A DNA stretch of 64,000 nucleotides. It comes from Candidatus Helarchaeota ASGARD archaeon Hel_GB_B (GTDB lineage: Archaea; Asgardarchaeota; Lokiarchaeia; Helarchaeales; HEL-GB-B). Each line of letters begins with the position of its first letter. Positions within the stretch are counted from its first letter, which is position 1. Location of the stretch: NCBI GenBank assembly GCA_005191425.1, contig SUPR01000005.1:344-64343 (forward strand), given 5' to 3'. Both the position numbers and the translations under genes were made by a program. Below the pieces are notes generated by a model. The model searched no databases and was not told the origin of the DNA. It was given only the letters and a program-made list of their open reading frames with translations. Positions 18,881 through 28,993 of this stretch are shown one piece after another.

Positions 18881-20272
18881 ATGAAAATATCAAAAGTTTT
18901 GATTTATGGGACAATAATTGGTATATACTTTGTATTATACCATTTATTTTTTCCTTCTTGGGTATATTCGCCGATTAAACAAGGAATTAATGGCTTATTT
19001 ACTGACTTTACAAATAATTGGCCTTTATTGTTTCCTTTTATTGGATTTGTTGCGTTAGCTGGATTGATTTCTTATTTTGGAATTCATTTTCTCGCTTCAT
19101 TTGGTAATCTTAATGAATATAAAACTTCATTTACACCAAATATTAGTATTCTTATTCCTTCAAAAAATGAAAAACCATTATTGGAGAGAACATTAAATTC
19201 AATAATTGTTTCTAATTATCCAAAAGACAAAATACAATTAATTCTAATTATTAGCGGGTCTGAAGACGGCTCTAAAGAATTTTGCAAGGAATTCGCAGAT
19301 AAAAATAGTAATATTAATATCGCGATATTATCCGACCCAATCAAAAAAAAGGGAAAACCTGCTGCCTTAAATTATGGATTAAAATTTGTAAAACATGAAA
19401 TATGTATTTTTTATGATGCCGGTGTTAGAATAGAAAAAGATACGCTCCAGAGATTAGTAAATCCACTCTCAGACCCCAAAAATATAGTTACCATTGGCCC
19501 AATTATACCGGAAAATTATAAAATAAATAAATGGACAAGGGCACTTCATCTTAGTTATGCTATTACTGATGGCGGGTCAATTTTTTTTCATGTAAAAAAT
19601 AAATTAGGTTCCTCGGCTTATCTTTTTGGTAAAAATTTTTGTATCAGGACTAAAAATTTACTTAATTTTAATGGTTTTAATGAAGATGCATTAACTGAGG
19701 ATTTGTATCTAACCGTCCTTTTGAACATTGATGGAGTTAAAATTAAATTTATATCAAAAGCTAAAGTTTATGAGTTAGTACCATCAAAATGGCATATAAT
19801 AAAAAAGCAAAGACAAAGGTGGATAGGGGGTTATGTTGGAGATGTAGATCCGCTTATGAAAATGAAAAAAGGAAATAAAAATGGTGCTTCTATTATAATT
19901 TCAAGGAATTTAACAATGCTTTTTTTAGGTCATATTGATGCATTTTTCTTTTTTGCAGTTCCTTTTGCAATTTTATATTGGGTGCTTGGCTTTTATTATA
20001 TTTTCGGCTGGACTATTACTTTTATGGCGTTTATTTTTGGTTATATTATAAACGCTGTCCGAAAATATGGTGATAATCATTATATCAATCTTTTATGGAT
20101 GCCATTAAGTGCATATTTTCATTTATGGGAATTCTCCCTCCAGTTCTCTCTTCCTAGTGAAATTTCGTGGGAGAGAACACCAATTTTATTAGAAAAAGAT
20201 CAAGAAGAAATAAAAAATCTATTAGAGTATAAAAAAGATCAAAATCAAGGAGATATATATGAAAATTTCTAA
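18881..20272 (+). CDS. Membrane-embedded processive family-2 glycosyltransferase (QxxRW type), paralog 1
   Basis: 463 aa. N- and C-terminal TM helices flank a GT-A domain with GKPAALNYG, DAG, TED and QRQRWIGG motifs, as in cellulose/chitin/glucosylceramide-synthase-like enzymes. Confidence 0.75.
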   Translation: MKISKVLIYGTIIGIYFVLYHLFFPSWVYSPIKQGINGLFTDFTNNWPLLFPFIGFVALAGLISYFGIHFLASFGNLNEYKTSFTPNISILIPSKNEKPLLERTLNSIIVSNYPKDKIQLILIISGSEDGSKEFCKEFADKNSNINIAILSDPIKKKGKPAALNYGLKFVKHEICIFYDAGVRIEKDTLQRLVNPLSDPKNIVTIGPIIPENYKINKWTRALHLSYAITDGGSIFFHVKNKLGSSAYLFGKNFCIRTKNLLNFNGFNEDALTEDLYLTVLLNIDGVKIKFISKAKVYELVPSKWHIIKKQRQRWIGGYVGDVDPLMKMKKGNKNGASIIISRNLTMLFLGHIDAFFFFAVPFAILYWVLGFYYIFGWTITFMAFIFGYIINAVRKYGDNHYINLLWMPLSAYFHLWEFSLQFSLPSEISWERTPILLEKDQEEIKNLLEYKKDQNQGDIYENF

Positions 20273-21626
20273 AGTTATATTTTATGGATCAATAGTAGCA
20301 ACATATTTTATTGTTTTACACATTTTCTTTCCTCCATGGCTAAATTCTCCTATAAAACAAGGAATTGACAGTTTATTTACCAACTTTTCAGCAAATTGGC
20401 TTTTAATATTTCCATTCATTGGTCTGGTAGCATTGTGTGGACTTTTAATTTACTATGGTATACATTTTGTTGCATCTTTTGGAATTAGCTACAAATCTAA
20501 AAAGTACTATTACCCATCTATTAGCATAATCATTGCATCAAAAAATGAAAAACCATTATTAGCCCGAACTTTGAAATCCATTATGAATACAGAGTATCCA
20601 AAAGATAAAATTCAAATTATCACAGTTACAAGTGGGTCTACTGACTCATCTACAGAATTCTGCGAAAAATTTGCAAAAGAAAACAAAAATATCGATATGA
20701 TTGTTCTTTCTAAATCATTATCAAAAAAGGGTAAACCCGCAGCATTAAACTATGGATTTGAATTTGTTAAAAACGATATTTGCATTTTTTATGATTCCGG
20801 AAATGTTATAACTTCAAAAACTCTTGCTGAATTAGTTGAGCCTTTTCAATATGGGAATCATAAGGTTACTATTGGACCTATGATAATAGAAAATTGGAAT
20901 CAAAATAAATGGACAAGGGCTGCTGCTTTAACATACGTTTTTTCAGCTGGTGGAAATATGTATTTTCACGTAAAAAATAAACTAGGTTCTTCTGCTTATC
21001 TTTTCGGTAGAAATTTTGCAATAAAAACTAAATTACTTAAGGACTTAGGTGGTTTTAACGAAAATTCATTAACCGAAGACCTTTATTTAACTGTTTTATT
21101 AAACCTTGAAGGCGAAAAAATATTATTTGTACCTAAAGCAAGAGCTTACGATTTAACTCCAAATAATTGGAACGCTATTAAAAAGCAACGCACTCGATGG
21201 GTAGGTGGATATGTTGGTGATGCACCCGACTTAACTAAACTAAAAAAAGGAAATAAAAATGGACAGTCTATTATTATTTCTAGGAATTTATCAATGTTAC
21301 TATTACATCATCTTGATGTCTGTCTATTAGTAATTACAGGGTTTGTTGTTTTCTACGCATTGATCGGCTTTTACTATATGTTTGCTTGGACTTTATCTCT
21401 TTTCATTTTTGTTTTTGGATATCTATTCAATGGCATAAGAAAATACGGAGATAAACACTATAGTCTATTTCTATGGGCTCCTGTTAGTTCACGCATAACT
21501 CTTTTTATGTTTAGTCTACAATTTACATTACCTGCGGCACCTGACATCTCATGGGAAAAAACTCCAATGATTTTAGAAAAAAGTCAAGAAGAGATAGAAT
21601 CAATAATTTCAGCCACTATAAATTAA
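20259..21626 (+). CDS. Membrane-embedded processive family-2 glycosyltransferase (QxxRW type), paralog 2
   Basis: 455 aa. Colinear with and about half identical to the upstream GT2 (GKPAALNYG, DSG, TED, QRTRWVGG). Its start overlaps the previous stop by 14 nt. Confidence 0.75.
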   Translation: MKISKVIFYGSIVATYFIVLHIFFPPWLNSPIKQGIDSLFTNFSANWLLIFPFIGLVALCGLLIYYGIHFVASFGISYKSKKYYYPSISIIIASKNEKPLLARTLKSIMNTEYPKDKIQIITVTSGSTDSSTEFCEKFAKENKNIDMIVLSKSLSKKGKPAALNYGFEFVKNDICIFYDSGNVITSKTLAELVEPFQYGNHKVTIGPMIIENWNQNKWTRAAALTYVFSAGGNMYFHVKNKLGSSAYLFGRNFAIKTKLLKDLGGFNENSLTEDLYLTVLLNLEGEKILFVPKARAYDLTPNNWNAIKKQRTRWVGGYVGDAPDLTKLKKGNKNGQSIIISRNLSMLLLHHLDVCLLVITGFVVFYALIGFYYMFAWTLSLFIFVFGYLFNGIRKYGDKHYSLFLWAPVSSRITLFMFSLQFTLPAAPDISWEKTPMILEKSQEEIESIISATIN

Positions 21627-21943
21627 AAATCTCCCCTATTTTTTTATTTTTATCTTTAATATTTCTTAATTCTAAGAGTTAAAACAAATAATAACTAAAA
21701 ATTATAATTCAATTACTAATAATTCTTTATATTAATTCTTTAACTAAAAGAATAAAGCATTAAATCAACATATAACTATAACCATGTTAATAGAAACAGT
21801 CCAATTGATTATTTAACTCCATATTTTTTTTCATATGAATAAGAAATGGGTTATCTTTTTATATTTCTATTATATTAAAATTACAGTAAATTTTTCACAA
21901 AATTACAAATAATTCTAAAAATTTATAGTCAAAGGTAATCAAA

Positions 21944-23131
21944 TTGACTAATCAAAGCATATACGAAGATTTTAGGATTCAAATTGAGGGCACTTCAAGA
22001 GATTGTAAATTATACCATGATCTGTGTATAAAGGAAGATTATGATATAGACCAAACAATTAAGGAATCAAATCTGGACGAAATTCCATATGTAAATTGGA
22101 ATTATTTTAAAGAATCAAATGGAAAATATCACGATCTTTTAAGAATTCCTTATAATAACCTCTCATATTGGACAATAAGCAGTAGTACAACAGGCGACCC
22201 TAGCATTGTCGGGAGAGGTGATATTGACATTGAAATTTTTAAGAATAATTACAAGAAAATTTTTCATGAATACTCTTCTATGGATATTATTAAAAAATTA
22301 ATTTTATTTGCGCCATCAATCCGATTTATGAATAGAATGCCTGGATCTTGGTATGGAAAACGTGGATATCTTTTCTATAGAGATATAACTGAAATTTGGA
22401 AAAATTATGATATAACTTATCTACTAAAATTTAATTTTCAAAAAGTAATTTTATATTATTTATCACATTTTAAAGGTAAAGCCTTTATTGAACTTGATGG
22501 AAGTCTTCTTAAAAAAAGCTTAAAAAAAGTAGAGAAGAGCAAGATCCCAACCCTTATTGCAAATTCAGCTCCTCTTATGTATAAAAATTTCACAGACTAT
22601 CTGAAAAAATATAAAAGTGGATTTGATATGGGTGAGAATTTTTATGTACAAACTGGTGGAGGCGGCTGGAACGGTATAAAAGGACGGGTAAAATTAAGAT
22701 ATGAAATTGATAAAGCAGATTTCTTTGAGAAATTAATGGATTTTTTTAATATTCCCATTGAAAATTTTGCTGATTTGTTTGGTGCTACTGAAACACCTAT
22801 TGCTGCTGGAGGACATTGGAGTAAAAAGTATAATGACATCATACTTCATTTAGATAAAAATCAAGGGCGAATTATTGCTAGAGATATTGAAACACTTGAA
22901 AAAATTAATAAAACAAAAAATCCCGGAGTCCTAGAAGTATTAACTCCATATGGGGTAAATACATATGCAGGAATTTCAGTTCTATTGGATGATATAATAG
23001 AAATAGTCGACTTTAATAGATGTGAGGAATGTGGAAGAGAAGGTATAATTTTTAGAGTAGTTGGAAAATTAACCCCTGAAATAGGTAAAGGTTGTACTTC
23101 ATTTTACAATTTATATCCGTTTAAAAAGTAA
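21944..23131 (+). CDS. Hypothetical protein, possibly a degenerate PaaK/CapK/LuxE-like adenylate-forming-fold protein
   Basis: 395 aa. SSSTTGDPS resembles the phosphate-binding SSGTTGKP motif of adenylate-forming enzymes but lacks the Lys. A glycine-rich GGGGWNG follows later. Assignment is tentative. Confidence 0.3.
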   Translation: MTNQSIYEDFRIQIEGTSRDCKLYHDLCIKEDYDIDQTIKESNLDEIPYVNWNYFKESNGKYHDLLRIPYNNLSYWTISSSTTGDPSIVGRGDIDIEIFKNNYKKIFHEYSSMDIIKKLILFAPSIRFMNRMPGSWYGKRGYLFYRDITEIWKNYDITYLLKFNFQKVILYYLSHFKGKAFIELDGSLLKKSLKKVEKSKIPTLIANSAPLMYKNFTDYLKKYKSGFDMGENFYVQTGGGGWNGIKGRVKLRYEIDKADFFEKLMDFFNIPIENFADLFGATETPIAAGGHWSKKYNDIILHLDKNQGRIIARDIETLEKINKTKNPGVLEVLTPYGVNTYAGISVLLDDIIEIVDFNRCEECGREGIIFRVVGKLTPEIGKGCTSFYNLYPFKK

Positions 23132-23147
23132 AATGGCTCAAATCTTT

Positions 23148-23966
23148 TTATGTAGAAATATCTTTCTTAGCCAAATTTGAATATAATTCTTTATTTGTTT
23201 GGTATTGATAAACTCGTTCAAGTCCACGTTTAATTGATACCTTTCTTCCGCTCGTCAAAACATGTATGGATGATAGTGTTTTAACTTTACCAAAACCAGT
23301 TTTTTTAATATAATATAATATTGCATCTGTAAAAATTTTATCGATCCCCCATGATTTTGGAGGATTTTTAAATCCGCCAACTTTAAAAAAAATATTTCTT
23401 CTGACAATTATATTACATCCCGCAAGTTCTGGATAACCAAATAAATACCTTATAAAATAATAGAGATAACTCCCCCAATTATAAAAAAAAAATGTGGTAA
23501 TTGTAAACTGTTTGTTTCCTATTTTTATTGAGAATTTGGTCCCATTATTATATTTAAATCTTGCACTACATGCAAATAGGTCTTTTTTCTTTTTAAATAA
23601 ATTGTATATTTTTTCTAAAAATAAAGGCGGTATTATAGTATCAGCGTCCAGAAATATAAGAATATCTCCTGATGTTTTCGGAACAACATAATTGACCTGC
23701 AAGGCTTTACCTCGTTGGGGTGTAATTATGACTGTTGCAAATTTTTGTGCAATTTTTACAGTATTGTCTGTACTTTGACCATCAGCTATAAAGACTTCAA
23801 ATGGTACATTGCATCTCTGCTTTTTAATTGAATATAAAGTTCTCTTAATATTTGACTCTTCATTGAAAGTTGGAATTACAATTGAGATTTCTGGTTTTAT
23901 TTTTAAATTTTGTGAATTCATAAGCAATCGAGAATTCCATTTAATAAAGTAAATAAAATACATCAA
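23148..23966 (-). CDS. Family-2 glycosyltransferase (Dpm1/GtrB-like)
   Basis: 272 aa. ISIVIPTFNEESNI start of GT-A domain. DADT (DxD) motif. No long TM region. Confidence 0.75.
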   Translation of the reverse strand: MMYFIYFIKWNSRLLMNSQNLKIKPEISIVIPTFNEESNIKRTLYSIKKQRCNVPFEVFIADGQSTDNTVKIAQKFATVIITPQRGKALQVNYVVPKTSGDILIFLDADTIIPPLFLEKIYNLFKKKKDLFACSARFKYNNGTKFSIKIGNKQFTITTFFFYNWGSYLYYFIRYLFGYPELAGCNIIVRRNIFFKVGGFKNPPKSWGIDKIFTDAILYYIKKTGFGKVKTLSSIHVLTSGRKVSIKRGLERVYQYQTNKELYSNLAKKDIST

Positions 23967-24035
23967 TTTATCAATATTTGTATTTATTTACCAAAATGTT
24001 AATTTAATAAATTTTCGAGTTCAGATGGAGTCAAT

Positions 24036-25397
24036 TTGGCATATTATTTAAAAATTGGTTATAGATATTTAGCTAGAAGAAAAATAAGGAGTATTCTTAC
24101 TATTTTAGCTGTTTTATTAGGTGTATCGATATTAATGGGTACTCTTGTCGCCAATGACTCTGTTAAAGGTACTCTAGAATATCATTTAGCAAAAAAGTTT
24201 GGTTATACTGATATAATTTTAATTAACAGTTCAGGTTATTATTCAAACTCAATTAATTACAATGAAATAAGAAAAGATTTGGATAATTTAAAATATCTTG
24301 GCTTTATTTGGACCTCTCAAATGAAAGAAAGCCGAAATATAGCATTCCAACCTAATATTTCTATTAGCAAAAGTTCATGGATACCTATTGTGGGCGTTGA
24401 TACGCATAATCCATATGATTCAAAATTTGGGTCTATTTCTATAAATTCTTCTATAAATTCTAATTTTACTACTTTAAATGACTTATTATTACATCCTCTT
24501 TATGTGAATTGCTGTGTAATAAATACAAAAACGGCAAATCAGTATAATGTTTCGGTAGGTGATATAGTCTACATTTATCCAGAAGTCCCAAGTGGGCCTA
24601 TTGATTGGCAAAATTCAAGTAGTTGGATACAATTAAAAATTACTGGAATAATTGACGATCATGGTAAAGCATTTGATTATATTGTCCCGCCTGTTAATGA
24701 TATTTGGCAAATTAAAGATATTGACTATGCAATTTATGTAAATATGTCTATTGCACATCAATTATTAACAAACAGCGATAATGAACTTAAAGTAAACAAC
24801 ATAGCAATTCATTCAAATTCATTACAAAATATTGATTCAACGCTAACTCAAATAATGACCTATCTAAATAATACTATTCCAACTAATTCGTTATATGGTT
24901 TTAATTTAAAATCCTTTTTTGCAAGCGAAATTAATAATATTTTTGGTTTGATAATGAGCGTTTTAATTATTTTTTCAGGAATTTCATTACTAGTTTGTGC
25001 TATATTAATAAAAAATATGTTTGAAGTTGCAGTTGAAGAGCAGTTAGAAGAAATTGGTATAATGAGAGCAATTGGTATTTCAAAATATGGTATCTTTATT
25101 ATTTATATTACCCAAATTTTATTTATATCATTAATTGGATCTATATTAGGTATTATAATAGGTATATTTATGAGTACATCCTTTTTTAATTCAATTCAAT
25201 ATGTTTCTTCTATATTAAATCCTTCATTATTCGAATTACTTGGTAGTAATTTTGAGATATTTATTACTATTACTCCTCAAACTTTAATACTCTCTTTTAT
25301 TTCAGGTACGTTAATCAGTTTGATTTTTGGATTATCACCAGCATATAAAGCAAGTCAAATACAAATAATTGATGCTCTAAATCCTCGAAAAAGGTGA
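24036..25397 (+). CDS. ABC transporter permease, FtsX/MacB family
   Basis: 453 aa. N-terminal TM, a large extracytoplasmic domain, then C-terminal 3-TM FtsX-type bundle (GIMRAIGISKYGIF...). Confidence 0.7.
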   Translation: MAYYLKIGYRYLARRKIRSILTILAVLLGVSILMGTLVANDSVKGTLEYHLAKKFGYTDIILINSSGYYSNSINYNEIRKDLDNLKYLGFIWTSQMKESRNIAFQPNISISKSSWIPIVGVDTHNPYDSKFGSISINSSINSNFTTLNDLLLHPLYVNCCVINTKTANQYNVSVGDIVYIYPEVPSGPIDWQNSSSWIQLKITGIIDDHGKAFDYIVPPVNDIWQIKDIDYAIYVNMSIAHQLLTNSDNELKVNNIAIHSNSLQNIDSTLTQIMTYLNNTIPTNSLYGFNLKSFFASEINNIFGLIMSVLIIFSGISLLVCAILIKNMFEVAVEEQLEEIGIMRAIGISKYGIFIIYITQILFISLIGSILGIIIGIFMSTSFFNSIQYVSSILNPSLFELLGSNFEIFITITPQTLILSFISGTLISLIFGLSPAYKASQIQIIDALNPRKR

Positions 25398-27071
25398 ATG
25401 TATAAGAAAATGAAACGACTATTAAATTATGGATTTGGCATTTTATTGATAACATTCGGTATAATTCTCACTTTTAATTTCTATTATGACTGGTTTAAAA
25501 TCGATTTTATGAATGATACTTACATTTTTTTAACTGGAGGGATATTATTAGTAATTATTGGTATATATCTAACTTTAGACATATTAAAAAAGATCGGCAT
25601 TATTTTATTTGGGATATCTTTAATGGTACTTGGATTATTCCAACTAATTCATGGCATTCAAAATATAGTGAACATTGCTGATAATTTTTCTAATTATTTA
25701 AATATAGCAGAATTATTTATTGGTGGTATTTTTCTATTATTAGGGACTATCTTTTTAGGATGTTTTTTACTTCCAGTTTTTATTAAAGGACTGGCATTTA
25801 TATTATCGCCAATACTTACTAAAATGAAAATAATTGTATATAGAAATATAAATCGCAATAAAAAAAGATCTCAAAACACATTTACAATGATTGCATTAGG
25901 ATTAGCATTTATTATTATGATCGGGACGGTACTTGAATCTTTAGATGCTGGCGTTTATCCCGGAGCAAAATTAGAACTTGGCGGAGATATACAAATTGGT
26001 GAAATATGGAACACACATGTTTTTGGATATTTAAATATGAGCAATGAAATAAAACAAATAGACCATGTTAAGGAAGTAATACCTGTCCATGTAGAATGGA
26101 TTTCTATTAATTATAACAAAAATTTTTCTGAAAGCATCTATTTATTTATAATTAATACGACTGAATACGCCAAATTGCATTCTAAAAATACATTATTAAC
26201 TTTTATTGAGCCAAAAGGTATCTCAATTGATCAATTCATTCATTTATTAGACCAAGAAAATAGTACAATTATTCAATATGAATTAGCTAAAGAGACCAAT
26301 ATTAAATGTGGAGATAAGGTAAATTTAAGTATAGATTCATTTAATACCGAATTAAATGTGGTCGGAATTTTTGGACGGATGCCTGGACTACGATTTACTT
26401 TTGTTGATTACTGGGATGCAATGGCTGTAATAATATCTTGGAAAACATTATTCAACTTAATGGGTATAAATGCCTCAGAATATGATTCATATGCTGGGAG
26501 TAGGACAATAGCTTATTGGCTGGGGTTAGATAGTATATATAATGATCAAAAAGTAATTTCAATTCTGAAGACTCAAGTATATTCAAAAATAGGCGTAAAT
26601 TTAGATAGTGATGATATAAAGACTGCTCGATCCAGAGTTGAAGAATATGGCGGTATAATAAAAGTAATAAATGGTACTTTAACAAACATTTTACTATTTT
26701 CTTTATTAATTTCATTAATTGGATTAGCTATTACCATGTTTATGAATGTCCATCAACGTAAAAGAGAAATTGGAATTTTAAGAAGCATAGGAATTAGTAA
26801 AAATGAAATTATAAAAATGATTTTCTCTGAATGTTTTATAATAAGCTTTTATGGTTTATTATTTGGTACGTTAACAGGAATTTTCGTTGGCTTTATTATG
26901 ATAAATTATTTTCCATTTATTTATTTTTTACCTGCAATATTTACCATCGATTATAATTTAATTGTCTTGACAATTTTTTTGGTATTTGTATTTACAGTAA
27001 TATCTTCTTTAATACCTGCCTATTTGTCTAATAGAATAAGTATTATTGATGCAATTAGATCAAAAAGATGA
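25398..27071 (+). CDS. ABC transporter permease, FtsX/MacB family, with extra N-terminal TM segments
   Basis: 557 aa. C-terminal FtsX-type region (ILRSIGISKNEII...). Start directly abuts the upstream permease stop. Confidence 0.65.
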   Translation: MYKKMKRLLNYGFGILLITFGIILTFNFYYDWFKIDFMNDTYIFLTGGILLVIIGIYLTLDILKKIGIILFGISLMVLGLFQLIHGIQNIVNIADNFSNYLNIAELFIGGIFLLLGTIFLGCFLLPVFIKGLAFILSPILTKMKIIVYRNINRNKKRSQNTFTMIALGLAFIIMIGTVLESLDAGVYPGAKLELGGDIQIGEIWNTHVFGYLNMSNEIKQIDHVKEVIPVHVEWISINYNKNFSESIYLFIINTTEYAKLHSKNTLLTFIEPKGISIDQFIHLLDQENSTIIQYELAKETNIKCGDKVNLSIDSFNTELNVVGIFGRMPGLRFTFVDYWDAMAVIISWKTLFNLMGINASEYDSYAGSRTIAYWLGLDSIYNDQKVISILKTQVYSKIGVNLDSDDIKTARSRVEEYGGIIKVINGTLTNILLFSLLISLIGLAITMFMNVHQRKREIGILRSIGISKNEIIKMIFSECFIISFYGLLFGTLTGIFVGFIMINYFPFIYFLPAIFTIDYNLIVLTIFLVFVFTVISSLIPAYLSNRISIIDAIRSKR

Positions 27072-27075
27072 TAAT

Positions 27076-27756
27076 ATGAAAGATAAAATTTTAGAGGTCA
27101 GACATGTATCAAAAGAATATAAATTAGGAAAAATAAAAGTTAAGGCACTTAATGATGTATCTTTTTCTCTTGAGAGAGGTGAATTGATTTCAATAGTTGG
27201 CCCATCAGGTTCAGGTAAAACCACACTATTAAACTTAATAGGTGCCTTGGACAAACCTACATCTGGAAGTATTTACATTGAAGGTACTGAAATTAATAGT
27301 TTAAATGAAAAACAACTGACAAAAATTAGACGCGATAAAATCGGTTTTATTTTCCAATTTTATAACTTAATTCCAGTTTTAAGCGCATTTGAAAATGTTG
27401 ATTTACCAATGATGGCTGCATCAATAAAGAAAAAAGAGAGAAATAAAAGAGCATTAGAACTTTTACAGATAGTTGGATTAACGAATAGAAAAAACCACCG
27501 ACCTGAAGAATTAAGTGGTGGAGAACGACAACGCGTAGCAATTGCTAGGTCACTAGCAAACAATCCTTCAATTATTCTTGCAGATGAACCTACTGGCGAT
27601 CTTGACACAAAAACTGGAGAAGAAATAATCAATTATATTAAAAATTCAAATGTATCAACTATCATTGTCACTCATGATCCAGTTGTTGCTATGGCAACAA
27701 GTAAAATAATCTACCTAAAAGATGGGTCTATTGAAAAAATAGAGAAAATAAATTAA
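27076..27756 (+). CDS. ABC transporter ATP-binding protein (MacB/LolD-like)
   Basis: Walker A GPSGSGKTT. Signature LSGGERQRVAIARS. Walker B ILADEPTGDLD. H-loop VTHD. Start chosen at the ATG at 27076 just after the permease stop; the ORF track's 27046 start overlaps. Confidence 0.85.
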   Translation: MKDKILEVRHVSKEYKLGKIKVKALNDVSFSLERGELISIVGPSGSGKTTLLNLIGALDKPTSGSIYIEGTEINSLNEKQLTKIRRDKIGFIFQFYNLIPVLSAFENVDLPMMAASIKKKERNKRALELLQIVGLTNRKNHRPEELSGGERQRVAIARSLANNPSIILADEPTGDLDTKTGEEIINYIKNSNVSTIIVTHDPVVAMATSKIIYLKDGSIEKIEKIN

Positions 27757-27768
27757 TTTTCTAACCTA

Positions 27769-28953
27769 CTAATTATAATTTTCAATTAATCGAATTGCAG
27801 CTTGCTTAGTTGCTTCTACGGTCGGTACTAATGCAAATCGAACAAACTTTTCACCAGGATTAATCCCATTAAATTCCCTACTAATCCATGCACCTGGAGT
27901 ACAAACAATTGCTATTTTTTCTGAAAGTAGTTTTTTTGCGAAGTCAACTGAATTCATGCCCTCTGGAACTTTCTGCCAAATGTAAATAGTTGCCTTAGGT
28001 ATACATTTAGGCAGTCCAATTTTCGTAAAAGCATCAATCATAGTATCTCGTTTTATAGCATAAAGTTCACGCATCTTTTTTACATGTTCTTCATCTTTAA
28101 GAGCTGCAATAGCTGCTTCTTGAATAAATCTTGGAGTTCCTGAATCTATATTTGTCTTAACTTTTTTAAATAAGGATACCACATTTTCATCGCCTGCAAC
28201 CCAGCCAACACGATAGCCTGTCATATTACTCCGCTTTGAGAGACTATGAAATACTATTACATTTTCTCTGGTAAATTCTAAAATGCTTCTTGGTTTTTCA
28301 TTATAATAATTCTCTGTATATGCTTCATCTGATCCAATTACAATATTGTTATCATGAGCAAAATCAATAACCTCCTTAAAAAATTTCTCAGGTGCCATCG
28401 CTGCTGTAGGATTATTCGGGTAATTGATCCAAATCAGTTTAACTTTTTTAATTATTTTCTGATCAATATTTTTAAAATCAGGTAAAAAATTATTTTCCTC
28501 TAATAATGGAAGGAAATATGGGACTCCTTCAGCAAAAATAGTCCCCCGTTCATATGGGGGATATCCTGGATTGGGTATTAATACGATATCACCTGGATTT
28601 ATAATAGACTCATGAAAATTAAAAATAGCCTCTTTAGAGCCTATGGTCGAACCTATTTCTTTTTCTGGATCAAGATCTATATTAAATCTTTTTTTATACC
28701 ATTCTTGAATTGTTTCTCTATATTCAACTGACCCAATATAGCTCGGATATCCGCTCGATTTATATTTATCAATAGCTTCTTTAGCAGCTTTTCTGATAAA
28801 TTCGGGCGTAGGGTCTTTTGGGTCTCCCACTCCAAAATCTGTGGGGATGATTCCTTCCTCTTTTAGTTTATCAACTAATCTATCTACATCCGCAAATGCA
28901 TAACTACCTATAGACTTTAACCTACTACTACCTTCTATTTTCAATTTTAACAC
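27769..28953 (-). CDS. dapL: LL-diaminopimelate aminotransferase (DapL type)
   Basis: 394 aa class-I aminotransferase. PLP-Lys motif SLSKRSNMTGYRVGW. N-terminal YAFADVDR...DFGVGDP matches the DapL YLFxEI...LGIGD pattern. Adjacent to dapF. Confidence 0.75.
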   Translation of the reverse strand: MLKLKIEGSSRLKSIGSYAFADVDRLVDKLKEEGIIPTDFGVGDPKDPTPEFIRKAAKEAIDKYKSSGYPSYIGSVEYRETIQEWYKKRFNIDLDPEKEIGSTIGSKEAIFNFHESIINPGDIVLIPNPGYPPYERGTIFAEGVPYFLPLLEENNFLPDFKNIDQKIIKKVKLIWINYPNNPTAAMAPEKFFKEVIDFAHDNNIVIGSDEAYTENYYNEKPRSILEFTRENVIVFHSLSKRSNMTGYRVGWVAGDENVVSLFKKVKTNIDSGTPRFIQEAAIAALKDEEHVKKMRELYAIKRDTMIDAFTKIGLPKCIPKATIYIWQKVPEGMNSVDFAKKLLSEKIAIVCTPGAWISREFNGINPGEKFVRFALVPTVEATKQAAIRLIENYN

Positions 28954-28993
28954 ACTTTGAAATTCAATTAAAAATTAAAATAGATTTTCTTTT

